The notes beneath the pieces are model-generated. The model saw nothing but the letters and a program-made list of their open reading frames with translations, made no database searches and was not told the DNA's origin. Source: Vicinamibacteria bacterium (GTDB lineage: Bacteria > Acidobacteriota > Vicinamibacteria > Vicinamibacterales > JAENWD01). From it: a stretch of DNA of 64,000 nt. Of the stretch, positions 45,678 to 55,845 are shown piece after piece. Position numbers and translations under genes: made by a program. Within the stretch, counting starts at the first letter, position 1. Every line of letters starts with the position of its first letter. The stretch is from NCBI GenBank assembly GCA_963796915.1, contig CAWCNI010000004.1, positions 130,758 to 194,757 on the forward strand, read 5' to 3'.

Positions 45678-46373
45678 ATGTCCCGTGTCCTGACTTGTGG
45701 CGCCGCCTGCATCCTTGCCGCCGCGGCAACGCTGCACGCCGCGGTCCCGCAACATAAGCCGGCGCCGAAGCCGCCCGCAAAGGCCGCTGCGAAAGCGCCG
45801 GTGACGAAAACCGATCCCGTCGTCATCTCGTGCCTCGAGCCGCTCGGCCAGGGGGTGAAGTCGGCGCGGAAATTCTGCGATGTGCTGGCCGGCAGAGATC
45901 CGGCCAAAGGCAACCAGCTGGCGCTGCCAAAGCATCACGGCACCGCAGTCCTGCAGTTTCACTTGTACAACCGCCAGATGTACTCGGCGCAGCAGGTCCA
46001 GGCCGGCGAGGCGTATACCAGGGCCACGGCGACGATCGGCGTCCTGACGCCGGACGGCACAGTGCTCGGCCGTGGCGTCGTGCAGACGGAGTTCCGGTCG
46101 GGCAAGGACCTGTTCGATCGCATCAGCGGCGGCGCCGGGCCGAGCGGGCTCAAGGCTGTGGCGCCCGTGGGCGACGAGGTGATCCGCGTCGACATCCCCG
46201 AGAAGGTGGAGCTCGTGAGCCTGCTCGGCGAGAAGCTCGTGCTCGGCGGCGTTGGCGGCGCGCAGACACTGGGGGCCGAAGGCCGGCCGATCGCCCTGGT
46301 CAGCGACGCGCAGATCGTCTACACGCCTCCGCCCGTGAAGAAGGCGGCACCGGCCAAGAAGCGGAAGAAGTAA
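45678..46373 (+). CDS. secreted hypothetical protein with Lys/Pro/Ala-rich termini
   Basis: 231 aa with signal peptide MSRVLTCGAACILAAAATLHA, a PAPKPPAKAAAKAP tract and the C-terminal tail PPPVKKAAPAKKRKK. GC3 is high. No family recognised. Confidence 0.6.
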   Translation: MSRVLTCGAACILAAAATLHAAVPQHKPAPKPPAKAAAKAPVTKTDPVVISCLEPLGQGVKSARKFCDVLAGRDPAKGNQLALPKHHGTAVLQFHLYNRQMYSAQQVQAGEAYTRATATIGVLTPDGTVLGRGVVQTEFRSGKDLFDRISGGAGPSGLKAVAPVGDEVIRVDIPEKVELVSLLGEKLVLGGVGGAQTLGAEGRPIALVSDAQIVYTPPPVKKAAPAKKRKK

Positions 46374-46393
46374 CGCGCACCCGCGGAGGAGCC

Positions 46394-47710
46394 ATGAATC
46401 GACGCGACTTCATGAAGACCACGATGATCGGCACTGCCGCGATGGCCGGCACCGGCACGCGCGCATTCGCGCTGCCGCCTGGCGAGCGGATCACTGTCGG
46501 GTTCATCGGCTGCGGCGCCCGCGCCCACCAGCATCTCGAAGACATCGGCGGCATGAGCGGCGTCGAGATTGTCGCTGTCTGCGACGCCTACAAGGGCCGC
46601 GCAGAGCGAGCGCGCTCACGGACCGGCGGACGCGCGGCCATCGTCGCCGACTACCACGAGATCCTCGCCAACCCGTCCATCGACGCCGTGTTCATCGTCA
46701 CGCCCGACCACTGGCACAAGACGATGGCGGTCGAGGCGCTGCAGGCGAAGAAGGACATCTACATCGAGAAGCCGATGAGCTATTCGATCGAGGATGGCCT
46801 GGCGATCGTCAACGCGGCGAAAGGATCCGATCGCATCCTGCAGGTGGGCAGCCAGGGCGTGAGCGGCGCCGACATGATCAAGGCGCGGGAGCTGGTGAAG
46901 GCCGGAAAGATCGGTCAGGTCACCATGGTGCGGGCGGCCTACAACCGCAACAGCAAGGGCGGCGCGTGGCTGTATCCGATTCCGCCGGATGCCTCGCCCC
47001 AGACCGTCGACTGGGATCGCTTTCTCGGTCCCGCGCCGAAGCGCGCCTTCGATCTCGATCGGTTCTTCCGGTGGCGCTGCTACTGGGACTACTCCGGCGG
47101 CATCGCGACGGACCTGTTCGTGCACCTGGTGTCGTGGCTCAACTTCGTCGTGGACGCGAAGATGCCGAAGGCGATCGTCGCCACCGGCGAGAACTATCGC
47201 TACAAGGCGACGCACGAAGTGCCGGACACGCTCAACGCGCTGCTGCTGTACCCGGAGGGCTTCACGGCCAATCTCTGCTGCACTTTCAACAACGAGCAGG
47301 GCAGCCAGTCTGGCCTGGAGATTCTCGGCACCGCCGGATCGCTGCTCATCAGGGATGGCGGCGTGACGTTCCGGCCAGAGCCCGCGCGTGAGGACAACAG
47401 CTGGGTGGTGGCCTCGTGGCCCGAGGCGCTCGAGAAGGCGTACCACGCCGATCCGAAGATCCAGGCTGTCGAGTCACCGGGCACGTGGCCCGGGCAGGTC
47501 GTCGGCGGCGAGGAGCGCTGGCGGACGGAAGGCCACGACGCGAGCTACGCCCACGTGTCAAACTTTTTCTCGTCCGTGAAGTCGCGGCAGGCGCCGTTCG
47601 AGGACGCGCTGTTCGGCCATCGCGCAGCGGCGTGCGCGCACATGGTCAACCGATCGGTTCGCGAGAAGCGGATGATCGAATGGGATTTCGCGGCCGAGAA
47701 GCCGGTGTAA
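46394..47710 (+). CDS. Gfo/Idh/MocA-family oxidoreductase with twin-arginine signal
   Basis: ORF 45830..47710 trimmed to ATG 46394 (GGAGGA SD). Tat motif MNRRDFMKTTMIGTAAMAG. Rossmann motif VGFIGCGARA, plus EKPM. Confidence 0.88.
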   Translation: MNRRDFMKTTMIGTAAMAGTGTRAFALPPGERITVGFIGCGARAHQHLEDIGGMSGVEIVAVCDAYKGRAERARSRTGGRAAIVADYHEILANPSIDAVFIVTPDHWHKTMAVEALQAKKDIYIEKPMSYSIEDGLAIVNAAKGSDRILQVGSQGVSGADMIKARELVKAGKIGQVTMVRAAYNRNSKGGAWLYPIPPDASPQTVDWDRFLGPAPKRAFDLDRFFRWRCYWDYSGGIATDLFVHLVSWLNFVVDAKMPKAIVATGENYRYKATHEVPDTLNALLLYPEGFTANLCCTFNNEQGSQSGLEILGTAGSLLIRDGGVTFRPEPAREDNSWVVASWPEALEKAYHADPKIQAVESPGTWPGQVVGGEERWRTEGHDASYAHVSNFFSSVKSRQAPFEDALFGHRAAACAHMVNRSVREKRMIEWDFAAEKPV

Positions 47711-47862
47711 GAAGAAGGCGCTTCGCGCAAGGGATCGCGCGCGCGGGCCCAAGGGCCGGGCCTTGCGGGCCAAGGAAGGCAAGGAAGCCAAGAAGGCCCA
47801 GGGCCGAGGAAGAAACCCGGCGCGTTGAGGAGCGGTCGCGCGCCGGGTGGTAACGTGATCGT

Positions 47863-48387
47863 CTACCGCGCCGAGCAGGTCGACGAGAGCATCTTCACTG
47901 ACGTGACTGTCAGCGTCTGCGCGGCGGCGGCGGCGGTCGAACCGAGCGTGCTCCCCGGCTGCGCGCTGCTCTGCGCCGCGGCGCCACCAGAGGGCATGAG
48001 CACGCCCTTCACCTCGACCTGGTGTCCGACGTGGTCGCCCAGCTGCACGCCGGTCGTAGTGCTCGTCAGGTTGTAGTCGGGGCCAGCCGTCGCGGACGCC
48101 GCGCCAGTCGTCGCACCCGAACCGCCGAGTACTCCATTCTTCAACACGTAACCGAGGCCTGCGGACGTCGAGCTGTCCGCCTTCTGCACACAACCGGTAA
48201 TTGTGACCGGCGATGTCTGGTTATTGGACGCTGGTGCCTGCGGCGTCGTCACCGGGTTCACTGGCGAGGCCGGTGTCGGCGGCGTTGTCGGTGACGCCGG
48301 CGGTGGCGTCTGCGCGAAAGCGACTGTGGCTGCCAGCAGCATTCCGCCGGCCCACGTTCCGGTGCGTGCGATTCGTGCGGTAAACAT
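47863..48387 (-). CDS. secreted Thr/Pro/Ala-rich hypothetical protein
   Basis: ORF trimmed to ATG 48387 (GGAGGA SD). 174 aa with a signal-like N-terminus ...WAGGMLLAATVAFAQ followed by the low-complexity tract TPPPASPTTPPTPASPVNPVTTPQAP. No family recognised. Confidence 0.6.
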   Translation of the reverse strand: MFTARIARTGTWAGGMLLAATVAFAQTPPPASPTTPPTPASPVNPVTTPQAPASNNQTSPVTITGCVQKADSSTSAGLGYVLKNGVLGGSGATTGAASATAGPDYNLTSTTTGVQLGDHVGHQVEVKGVLMPSGGAAAQSSAQPGSTLGSTAAAAAQTLTVTSVKMLSSTCSAR

Positions 48388-48543
48388 GCGCTCCTCCTGA
48401 TGCCGCTCGCGCGCCGCAAGTCGCGACGCGGGTGCGAACCACGCAGGTGAAGTGCAAGTGAGAGGCCAGCCGGTCTTCGGCCGAGCTGCGAAGCTGAGCG
48501 GCGGAGTGGCGATCGTGGATGCGTCCTTGCACAGCTGACGTGA

Positions 48544-49161
48544 ATGGCCACGCGAGCGCGAGGGCAATCCACGAAACAGCGGCTGCGGCTGTTACGCGAG
48601 GAGGCTGAAGCCTGCCGGCGATGCGACCTGTGGAAGCGGGCGACGCAGGTCGTCATCGGCGATGGCAGCGTGTCGGCGCGGCTCATGCTGGTCGGCGAGC
48701 AGCCAGGCGACCGCGAGGACATCGAGGGCAAGCCGTTTGTCGGACCGGCGGGACGAGTGCTGACCGAAGCGCTGGAACGTGCGGGGCTCGGTTCGACGCC
48801 GACCTTCGTGACCAACGCGGTGAAGCACTTCAAGTGGGAGGCGCGCGGCCCGCGACGCATTCACGAGCGACCGAATGCGGCGGAGATCGCGGCATGCCGG
48901 ATGTGGCTGCAGATTGAGATCGACGCCATCGCGCCGCACGTGATCGTCGCGCTTGGCGCGACAGCGGCACGATCGCTGCTCGGCCCGCGAATCCGCGTCA
49001 CCCGCGATCGCGGCAAACCCATCGAATCACCGCTGGCCCCAATCGTCATCGTGACTGTCCATCCGTCGTCGATCCTGCGGGCGCCCGACGACGCCAGCCG
49101 CCGCGAGGCGATGACGAAGTTCGTCGCCGACCTCCGCAAGGCTGGCCGACACCTGCGCTGA
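48544..49161 (+). CDS. UdgX-type (family-4-like) uracil-DNA glycosylase
   Basis: 205 aa. Seen: Fe-S cysteines (CRRCDLW, ACRMW), motif A GEQPGDREDIEGKPFVGPAG, an inserted loop VKHFKWEARGPRRIHERP containing RRIH, and motif B HPSSILR. Confidence 0.78.
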   Translation: MATRARGQSTKQRLRLLREEAEACRRCDLWKRATQVVIGDGSVSARLMLVGEQPGDREDIEGKPFVGPAGRVLTEALERAGLGSTPTFVTNAVKHFKWEARGPRRIHERPNAAEIAACRMWLQIEIDAIAPHVIVALGATAARSLLGPRIRVTRDRGKPIESPLAPIVIVTVHPSSILRAPDDASRREAMTKFVADLRKAGRHLR

Positions 49162-49186
49162 CGAGGCTGGTGTCGCCTTACGACTT

Positions 49187-49353
49187 GTAGGCCGATCTAA
49201 AGATCGGCCCTACAGGCGATGGTTCTTGCCAGGCTCTTGCCTGGCCGTGCCATGTCCCTGGTTCTCGGTAGGGCCGATCTTCAGATCGGCCATCACCGGC
49301 GGCCGATCTACAGATCGGCCATCACCAGCGGGCGGTCAAAGATCGGCCCCTAC
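49187..49353. repeat. cluster of four REP copies
   Basis: The copies are GTAGGCCGATCTAAAGATCGGCCCTAC (49187..49213), GTAGGGCCGATCTTCAGATCGGCC (49268..49291), GGCCGATCTACAGATCGGCC (49301..49320) and a half-degenerate copy ending AAAGATCGGCCCCTAC (49331..49353). Confidence 0.88.
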
Positions 49354-49382
49354 GGCTGATGGTTCTTGCCTGGCCCTACACT

Positions 49383-51575
49383 CTACGGGGCTACCAGCCA
49401 CTCGATGGCGGAGCGCTGGGATCTGTCGCCGCTTGTCGGTGACAGCCTGAATGCAGAAGGTGCATTTGCCGATTGGTAGGCAACGGCGACGATGGCGGGG
49501 GCCTGTGCGCCCTCACCAGCGAGCCACAGCGGCCCGGGCGCGCCCAGCGCCAGCAGCGCGGGGACGTCGCCGTATTTCACGCCGCCCGGCAGAAACCGGG
49601 CGTCGTCGATCGTGGTCACCGACGCGAAGCGGAAGCCGCCAGTGTCTACGGCGAGCCGATCGACGAGAGACGGCGCGGCAGCGCGCGCGATGGTCGCCCA
49701 CACACCCGCGTCGGCGCCAAGACCTGCCAGGGCCACGTGTCGCGTGGCGCGTGTCCGCGCGTAGCGCAGTGCCGCCAGCACATCGTGCACACGCTCGATG
49801 ACGAGCGGCGAGTTGTAGCCGTACGTGTAAGGCCCGATAGGAGGCCCTTTCACGAGCGTGTTCTTTGCCGGCGCACTCGCGCCAGCCGCACGAAACGCCC
49901 CTGTCTCGAAGACGTCCAGCCCCATCACCGCGCGGCCCTTCGCCAGCAGGCTGGTTGCCAATGGCGATGGCGCGCCGTCGGCACCAGCGACCGCGGCAGT
50001 TCCAGTCGGATCGAGCCAGACCACGATGTCGCCTGTGGCCTGCGGCGGCGTCAACAGCACGAACGGGGTGACCTCGCCGTAGCGTGCCTGCTTCAGCAGA
50101 CCTTGCGACACGACGATGCCGTCTGGCCGCGTCGTCGTGCCGGCCTGCGCCACGACATCCCCGTCGCCGGGAGTGTCGCGCGCCACCATCACGGCGAGCG
50201 CACCTCCGACCACCTCGCGATACCGCGCCAGGGATGTCGCGTCATGCGGCGCCAGGCCCGCGAGCTGTCGATCTCCCTCGGACGTCCACCACGACGTCAC
50301 GCTGCGTTCCTCTGCCTCCCCGTGACCTGGTGCGGGATGGCCGGCGTCCCAGACTGACGCCTCGGCGCGCGTCAGCGGCACGTAGTCCTCTTCCACGACG
50401 GGTTCTGCCAGCCCGAGATGGAGACGCTGGTTCATCCACGCGTACATCGCGCTGCGTGAGACGTAGTTGTAGTTGTGGGGAAACTGCGGGAACGGAAAGA
50501 TCGCGACGTCATCGGGCGCCTTCAGCAGCGTCCACAGCCGCTTGAGCCCCGGGAACCCGGTCTCGGGCATCGTCTTGGTCCAGTCGTCCGCGCTCGTCAT
50601 GCCCATCGGCTTCGGCGCAGCGAGGGCGGCGATGTCGACGTTGTCGATCCCGATGCGGAGATAGTCGGCGTTCTCGCAGGTGCAGCCGCCCTGCATGCCG
50701 GTCCCGACCATCACCATCGGAAAGAGCGTGACCGGACGGTCGTCGAGTGCGCCCAGGATGAAGGTCTGCGTGCCGCCGCCGCTGGCGCCGCTGACCGCCA
50801 GTCGCGCGGGATCGACATCGGGCAGCGACGCGAGGAAATCGAGCGCGCGCCGCGCGTTCCATGACTGCAGCCCCATGATCGACTCGAGGCGCGACTCGGT
50901 GTCGGCCGCGAAGAAGAGACCGGGCGCGGCGGGGGAGTCGGCAGGGCGGCCGTCGGGCTCGCCGTGCGCGACCTGAATCGGAATCTGCACGCTGTCGGCG
51001 TAGCCTTCGAGGTCGAAGAGCAGCGAGATGACGCCCATCCGCGCGAGCTGGACGGCGGCAGCCTGCAGCGGGTATCGTCCGCCGACCTCGAAGCGCTCGG
51101 CGCCAGAGACGATGGACTTGCGCACGGCATCGATCGACGCTTCGTTGAACCGGCCGCCCTGCCAGTGTCCGTGAGGCAGGAGCACCGCGGGCAGCCGGCC
51201 CTCACGCCCGGCGGGGCGATAGAGGCTGCCCGTGACGAAGTGTCCCGGGACGCTCTCGAAGGACACCTTGTCCACGGTGTAGCCGTTGCGTGCCACGCGG
51301 CCGTGCACCACAGCGTTCAACGGCGTCGCCTCCGGCATCGGCCACAGGCCGAGCGACACCTGGACCTGCCGGCGCGCCGCGCGGGCGCGCGCAGCCCAGG
51401 CCTGCTCCGATGCGGGTGGCTCGAAGGTGAACGTGCCTCGAAGCGTCCGCGGCGCCTCGAACCGTCTGTCACCGGCCACCTCGGATGCGAATGTCGCTGA
51501 CGATTGCGCGCGCACGAACGTGCCCGCGAGCGCTACCACGACGACACCGCCCATCAACGTCAGCCACCGACTCAC
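49383..51575 (-). CDS. alpha/beta-hydrolase (acetyl-xylan-esterase/dienelactone-hydrolase-like) with large C-terminal region
   Basis: ORF 49383..51695 trimmed to GTG 51575 (GGAGG 7 nt upstream). TM/signal segment VSRWLTLMGGVVVVALAG. The nucleophile elbow is GASGGG (GxSxG). The start is uncertain (ATG 51554 is an alternative). Confidence 0.72.
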   Translation of the reverse strand: MSRWLTLMGGVVVVALAGTFVRAQSSATFASEVAGDRRFEAPRTLRGTFTFEPPASEQAWAARARAARRQVQVSLGLWPMPEATPLNAVVHGRVARNGYTVDKVSFESVPGHFVTGSLYRPAGREGRLPAVLLPHGHWQGGRFNEASIDAVRKSIVSGAERFEVGGRYPLQAAAVQLARMGVISLLFDLEGYADSVQIPIQVAHGEPDGRPADSPAAPGLFFAADTESRLESIMGLQSWNARRALDFLASLPDVDPARLAVSGASGGGTQTFILGALDDRPVTLFPMVMVGTGMQGGCTCENADYLRIGIDNVDIAALAAPKPMGMTSADDWTKTMPETGFPGLKRLWTLLKAPDDVAIFPFPQFPHNYNYVSRSAMYAWMNQRLHLGLAEPVVEEDYVPLTRAEASVWDAGHPAPGHGEAEERSVTSWWTSEGDRQLAGLAPHDATSLARYREVVGGALAVMVARDTPGDGDVVAQAGTTTRPDGIVVSQGLLKQARYGEVTPFVLLTPPQATGDIVVWLDPTGTAAVAGADGAPSPLATSLLAKGRAVMGLDVFETGAFRAAGASAPAKNTLVKGPPIGPYTYGYNSPLVIERVHDVLAALRYARTRATRHVALAGLGADAGVWATIARAAAPSLVDRLAVDTGGFRFASVTTIDDARFLPGGVKYGDVPALLALGAPGPLWLAGEGAQAPAIVAVAYQSANAPSAFRLSPTSGDRSQRSAIEWLVAP

Positions 51576-51648
51576 GGATGAACCTCCTCGCTCAGGCCAG
51601 ACAAGCGCCGGGCCTGTTGCACCGCGCGCCGCGCATCTTATCGCGGAG

Positions 51649-53067
51649 ATGGGTGGTATGCTCGCCGGAGCGATCCTCATGCGTTGGCTTCTCATCGGCA
51701 GTCCGGTTGCGCTGCTTCTCTGGCTTCAGGCAGCGTCGCCTGTGCCGATGCCGAGCGCCGTGCAGCTGGCCTGGCAGCGGCAAGAGCTGCACGCGTTCGT
51801 GCACTTCGGGCCCAACACGTTCAGCGGCGCTGAATGGGGCAGCGGCACCGAAGACCCGAGAGCCTTCAACCCCACCGCCTTCGACGCCCGCCAGTGGGCA
51901 CGCACGTTCAAGCAGGCCGGATTCACCGGCGTCATCGTCACCGCCAAGCATCACGACGGGTTCTGCCTGTGGCCGTCGAGGTTTTCCGCCCACACGGTGA
52001 AGTCGTCGCCGTGGCGAAACGGCAAGGGCGACGTGCTGCGGGAGCTGTCGGACGCATGTCGCGCCGAGGGGCTCGGCTTCGGCGTCTACCTCTCGCCGTG
52101 GGATCGGAACCACCCGACGTACGGCACGCCGGAATACAACCGCGTGTTCGTGAACATGCTCGAGGAAGTGCTGGATCATTACGGGCCGGTGTTCGAGGTG
52201 TGGTTCGACGGCGCCAACGGCGAAGGGCCCAACGGCCGTCGTCAGCAGTACGACTGGCCGTTGTTTGTCGCCACGGTGCGGAAGCTGCAACCGAAGGCCG
52301 TGATCTTCAGCGACGCGGGCCCGGACCTGCGCTGGGTGGGCAACGAACGTGGAGAGGCGCCGCTGACGGTGTGGTCGACGATCGACCGCGATCGCTACCA
52401 GCCCGGGACAGCCCTCAGCGACGAACTCGGTGAAGGCACACGGCTCGGGGCCAACTGGGTGCCGGCCGAGTGTGACGTCTCGATCCGGCCCGGCTGGTTC
52501 TATCGCGCCAGTGAAGATTCTCAGGTGAAGTCGCCGGCCACACTGGTGTCGCTCTATGAGAAATCCGTCGGGCGCAACTGCACGCTGCTGCTGAACGTGC
52601 CGCCAGACCGGCGCGGGCTGCTGGCCGCACCTGACGTTGCCGCCCTCCAGGGATTCCACGCCGGTCTCGATCGCATCTACGGCACTGACCTGGCGGCCGG
52701 CGCCACGGCAACCGCGTCGAGCGAACGCGCCGACGCGCCAGCGTCGGCGGCGCTCGACCCGTCGCTTGACACGTTCTGGTCGCCGTCAGCATCGGTCCCT
52801 GCGGTGCTGAACATCCAACTGGCGGCGGCTGCGACCTTCGACCGCGTCGTGCTCCAGGAGGCCATTCAGCTGGGACAGCGGGTCGAAGCGTTCACTGTCG
52901 AAGCCCAGACTGCCGACGGCTGGCAGCGCGTCGCGACCGGCACGACGATCGGCTACAAGCGAATCCTGCCGGTCCCGCTCACCACCGCGACGAATCTCCG
53001 CCTGACAGTCGTCGACGCGACCGGCGCACCTGCTATCGCCCGCTTCGCCCTCGCCCGGTCACGCTGA
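51649..53067 (+). CDS. GH29 alpha-L-fucosidase with C-terminal discoidin (F5/8 type C)-like domain
   Basis: In-frame ORF 51286..53067 trimmed. Motifs seen: LHAFVHFGPNTFSGAEWG, VTAKHHDGFCLWPS, YLSPWDRNHP, EVWFDGANGEG. The C-terminal ~140 aa reads (ATASSERADAPASAALDPSLDTFW...). The start is ATG 51649, 51658 or 51679. Confidence 0.85.
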   Translation: MGGMLAGAILMRWLLIGSPVALLLWLQAASPVPMPSAVQLAWQRQELHAFVHFGPNTFSGAEWGSGTEDPRAFNPTAFDARQWARTFKQAGFTGVIVTAKHHDGFCLWPSRFSAHTVKSSPWRNGKGDVLRELSDACRAEGLGFGVYLSPWDRNHPTYGTPEYNRVFVNMLEEVLDHYGPVFEVWFDGANGEGPNGRRQQYDWPLFVATVRKLQPKAVIFSDAGPDLRWVGNERGEAPLTVWSTIDRDRYQPGTALSDELGEGTRLGANWVPAECDVSIRPGWFYRASEDSQVKSPATLVSLYEKSVGRNCTLLLNVPPDRRGLLAAPDVAALQGFHAGLDRIYGTDLAAGATATASSERADAPASAALDPSLDTFWSPSASVPAVLNIQLAAAATFDRVVLQEAIQLGQRVEAFTVEAQTADGWQRVATGTTIGYKRILPVPLTTATNLRLTVVDATGAPAIARFALARSR

Positions 53068-53189
53068 CGCACCTTCGCCAGCCCGGGCCTTCGGCGCCGA
53101 CAGGCCGCTGGGACGAATGGCGTCGTCGTCCAGCGACGCGCCGATAGAATGATCGGCACAACGCCGTCATTCCGGAGCCACCGACATCC

Positions 53190-55065
53190 ATGAACCGCCG
53201 TATTTTCGCCGCCGCTACTCTGATTCTGGCCGTCGCGTCATGCCCTTTGCCGCTCATGGCGCAGGACCGCACACGGGCGACGACGCCGGATTCCTACAAA
53301 TGGAACCTGTCCGAGATTTATCAGTCTGACGAGGCGTGGCAGGCGGAACGGGCCCGGCTGGCCAAGGACCTCGAATCCGTGGCCCCGTTCAAGGGCACGC
53401 TCGGGCAGTCGGCTGCCAGGCTGCAGCAGGCGCTCGTCCTGAATGACGATCAGGGCAAGGCCCTCAGCCGGCTGTTCACCTATGCCGGGCTCAAGGCCGA
53501 TGAAGACACCCGGATCGCAGCCAATCAGGGCGCGCGCGATCAGGTCATCCAGCTCGGCTCTGCATTTGGCGCCGCCTGGGCGTTTCTCGAGCCGGAGCTG
53601 CTGACGCTCGATCCCGCCACCGTGGACGGCTGGATCGCGTCGACACCCGGGCTCAAGCCGTTCGCCTTTGCCCTCCACGACGCCGTGCGCCGCAAAGCGC
53701 ACACGCTCTCGGCCAGCGAGGAGGCGTTGCTGGCGATGACCGGGCCGATGGCGTCGGGCAACCGGAGCGCGCAGAACATCCTCCTGAACTCCGACCTGCC
53801 CTGGCCGACGATCACGATGGCCAACGGCAAGGCCGTGCGCCTCGATGTGTCCGGCTTTTCAGCGGCACGCGCCTCGGAAAATCGCGACGACCGGCGCAAG
53901 GTGATGGACGCGTTCTTCGGCGCGCTCGGCCACTACCGCGGCACGCTCGGCGCGACGATGAGCGGCAATGTCCAGGCGGCGATCTTCAACGCGACGTCGC
54001 GACACTACGCGTCGACGCTGGACGCCGCCCTCGACGGGCCGAATATCCCGACCAGCGTCTACAAGGCGCTCGTCGACAGCGTCAACCAGCATCTGCCGTC
54101 GTTCCAGCGTTATCTCGCGCTTCGCAAGCGCCTGCTGAAACTGGACGAACTGCACTACTACGACCTGTACGCGCCGCTCGTGAAGGACGTGCCGCTCACC
54201 TACACCGTGGAGCAGGCCCAGGCAAACGTGAAGGCCGCGATGGCGCCGCTCGGGCCCGACTATGTCGCCGGACTCGATACCGCCTTCAAGAATCGCTGGA
54301 TCGACTACTACCCGATGACTGGCAAGCAGTCCGGGCGCGTACATGAGTCCGGGCGCCTACGACGTGCATCCGTACCTGCTGCTCAACTACAACGGCCAGT
54401 ACACGGACATGTCGGCGCTGGCGCACGAGCTGGGGCACGCGATGCACAGTTACTTCGCCAGCAAGTCGCAGCCATTCGCCACCGCCAACTACCCGATCTT
54501 CGTCGCGGAGGTCGCATCGACGTTCAACGAGGCACTGCTCATCGATCACATGCTGAAGCAGATCACCGATCCGAAGGTGAAGCTCGCCCTGCTCGGCAAC
54601 TACCTGGAAAACGTGAAGGGAACGGTCTTCCGCCAGACGCAGTTCGCCGAGTTCGAGCTGCGGATGCACGAGATGGCGGAGTCCGGGAAGCCGCTGACCG
54701 GCGAGGCGCTGTCGAAGCTCTATCTCGAAATCACCCGCAAGTATTACGGCCACGACGCGAAGGTCTGCATCGTCGACGATGCCGTCGGCGATGAGTGGGC
54801 GTACATCTCACACTTCTACAGCCCGTTCTACGTCTACCAGTACGCGACGTCGTTCACCGCTTCGACGGCGCTGTCGGAGAAAGTGCTCGCCGGCGCGCCG
54901 GATGCCGTGGCGCACTACCGGGCGTTCCTGGCGTCGGGCGGATCGAAGTACGCGATCGATTTGCTGAAGGGCGCTGGCGTGGACATGACGACCAGCGAGC
55001 CGCTCGATCTGACGATCCGCAAGATGGATCGGGTGATGGACGAGATCGACAAGCTGCTGCAGTAG
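53190..55065 (+). pseudogene. pepF: M3-family oligoendopeptidase F, frame broken by a 1-nt insertion at ~54336
   Basis: Frame A (53190..54335) ends ...NRWIDYYPMTGKQSG. Frame B (54337 onward) continues AYMSPGAYDVHPYLLLNYNG...HELGHAMHSYF (the HExxH zinc site)... to 55065. Joined length is ~624 aa. The extra C lies in gggCgcg. Confidence 0.85.
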
Positions 55066-55072
55066 GCAGGGT

Positions 55073-55820
55073 TCAGGCGACGCCGAACCGGCGCTCGGCG
55101 AACGGCTCCTCGTGCGCGCTGGTGAGGAAGCCGACAATGTCCCGCGCCGGCTGGTCCGGTGCGGCGAGTTGGCCCTGCTCGTGGAAGTTCACGAACAACT
55201 GATTCCACGGCCGCGGTGCGCGGGCGCTGACCTGCATCGGCGTGTCAACGATTCCCGGCTCGTAGCTGAGAACCGCGATGTTTGAACGCGTGCCGCCAGG
55301 ACGCTGATCGGAGGCCATCTCCGCGGCGAAGGTCATGCTCGCCAGGCGCAGCGCGGCCTTGCTGCTGCCGTATTCGCCGATGCCGGGGAATGCCTGCCCC
55401 GCAGCACCGGTGGACACGTTGACGATCCGGATCGGGATGCCCGGCGCGGCCCCGCGAATGACGGCGCCCATCAGAAATACCGGCGCGATGGTGTTGACGG
55501 CCAGCAGGCCGGCAAAGGCTGCGGGCTCGACGTCTTCCAGCGGTCCCATCGCACCGGTCACCGCGGCGTTGTTGACGAGGGCCGCCCGCTCCCACGCCCG
55601 GCTGCTGAGCGCCGGCGTCAGGACGTCGTCGGCGCAGCGCTGGACGTCGGGCAACTTCCCGAGATCCACTTCGACGTGGCGGTATCGTTTCGTCGAAGGT
55701 GACCGGGCGGCGGCTGATCCCGATCACCGTCCAGCCATCGGCGAGCAACAGCGTGGCAAGGGCGGCGCCAATTCCAGAGCTTGTGCCGGTTACGATCGCG
55801 AGACGTTCGGCGTGCATCAC
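55073..55820 (-). pseudogene. short-chain dehydrogenase/reductase, frame broken by a 1-nt insertion at ~55691
   Basis: The N-terminal frame (55820..55692) reads AIVTGTSSGIGAALA...VIGISRRPVTFD. The second frame (55690..55073) continues KRYRHVEVDLGKL...LVNNAA...YGSSKAALRLA (YxxxK). Joined length is ~248 aa. Confidence 0.82.
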
Positions 55821-55845
55821 CGCGTCATGTTACCGCGATGACGGG

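Noticed and set aside
44286-45962. 558-aa minus-strand ORF opposite the ArsB/NhaD permease
   Set aside because: An extremely Arg/Asp/Gln/His-rich translation with no hydrophobic core. It is antisense to a polytopic membrane protein.
47769-47813. Purine-rich tract with 9-nt periodicity (gccaaggaa ggcaaggaa gccaagaag ...) between convergent genes
   Set aside because: There are only 3-5 degenerate units and no supporting ORF. It is probably low-complexity spacer. The adjacent 9-bp hairpin cccggcgcg/cgcgccggg (47816..47847) lacks a U run, so I did not call a terminator.
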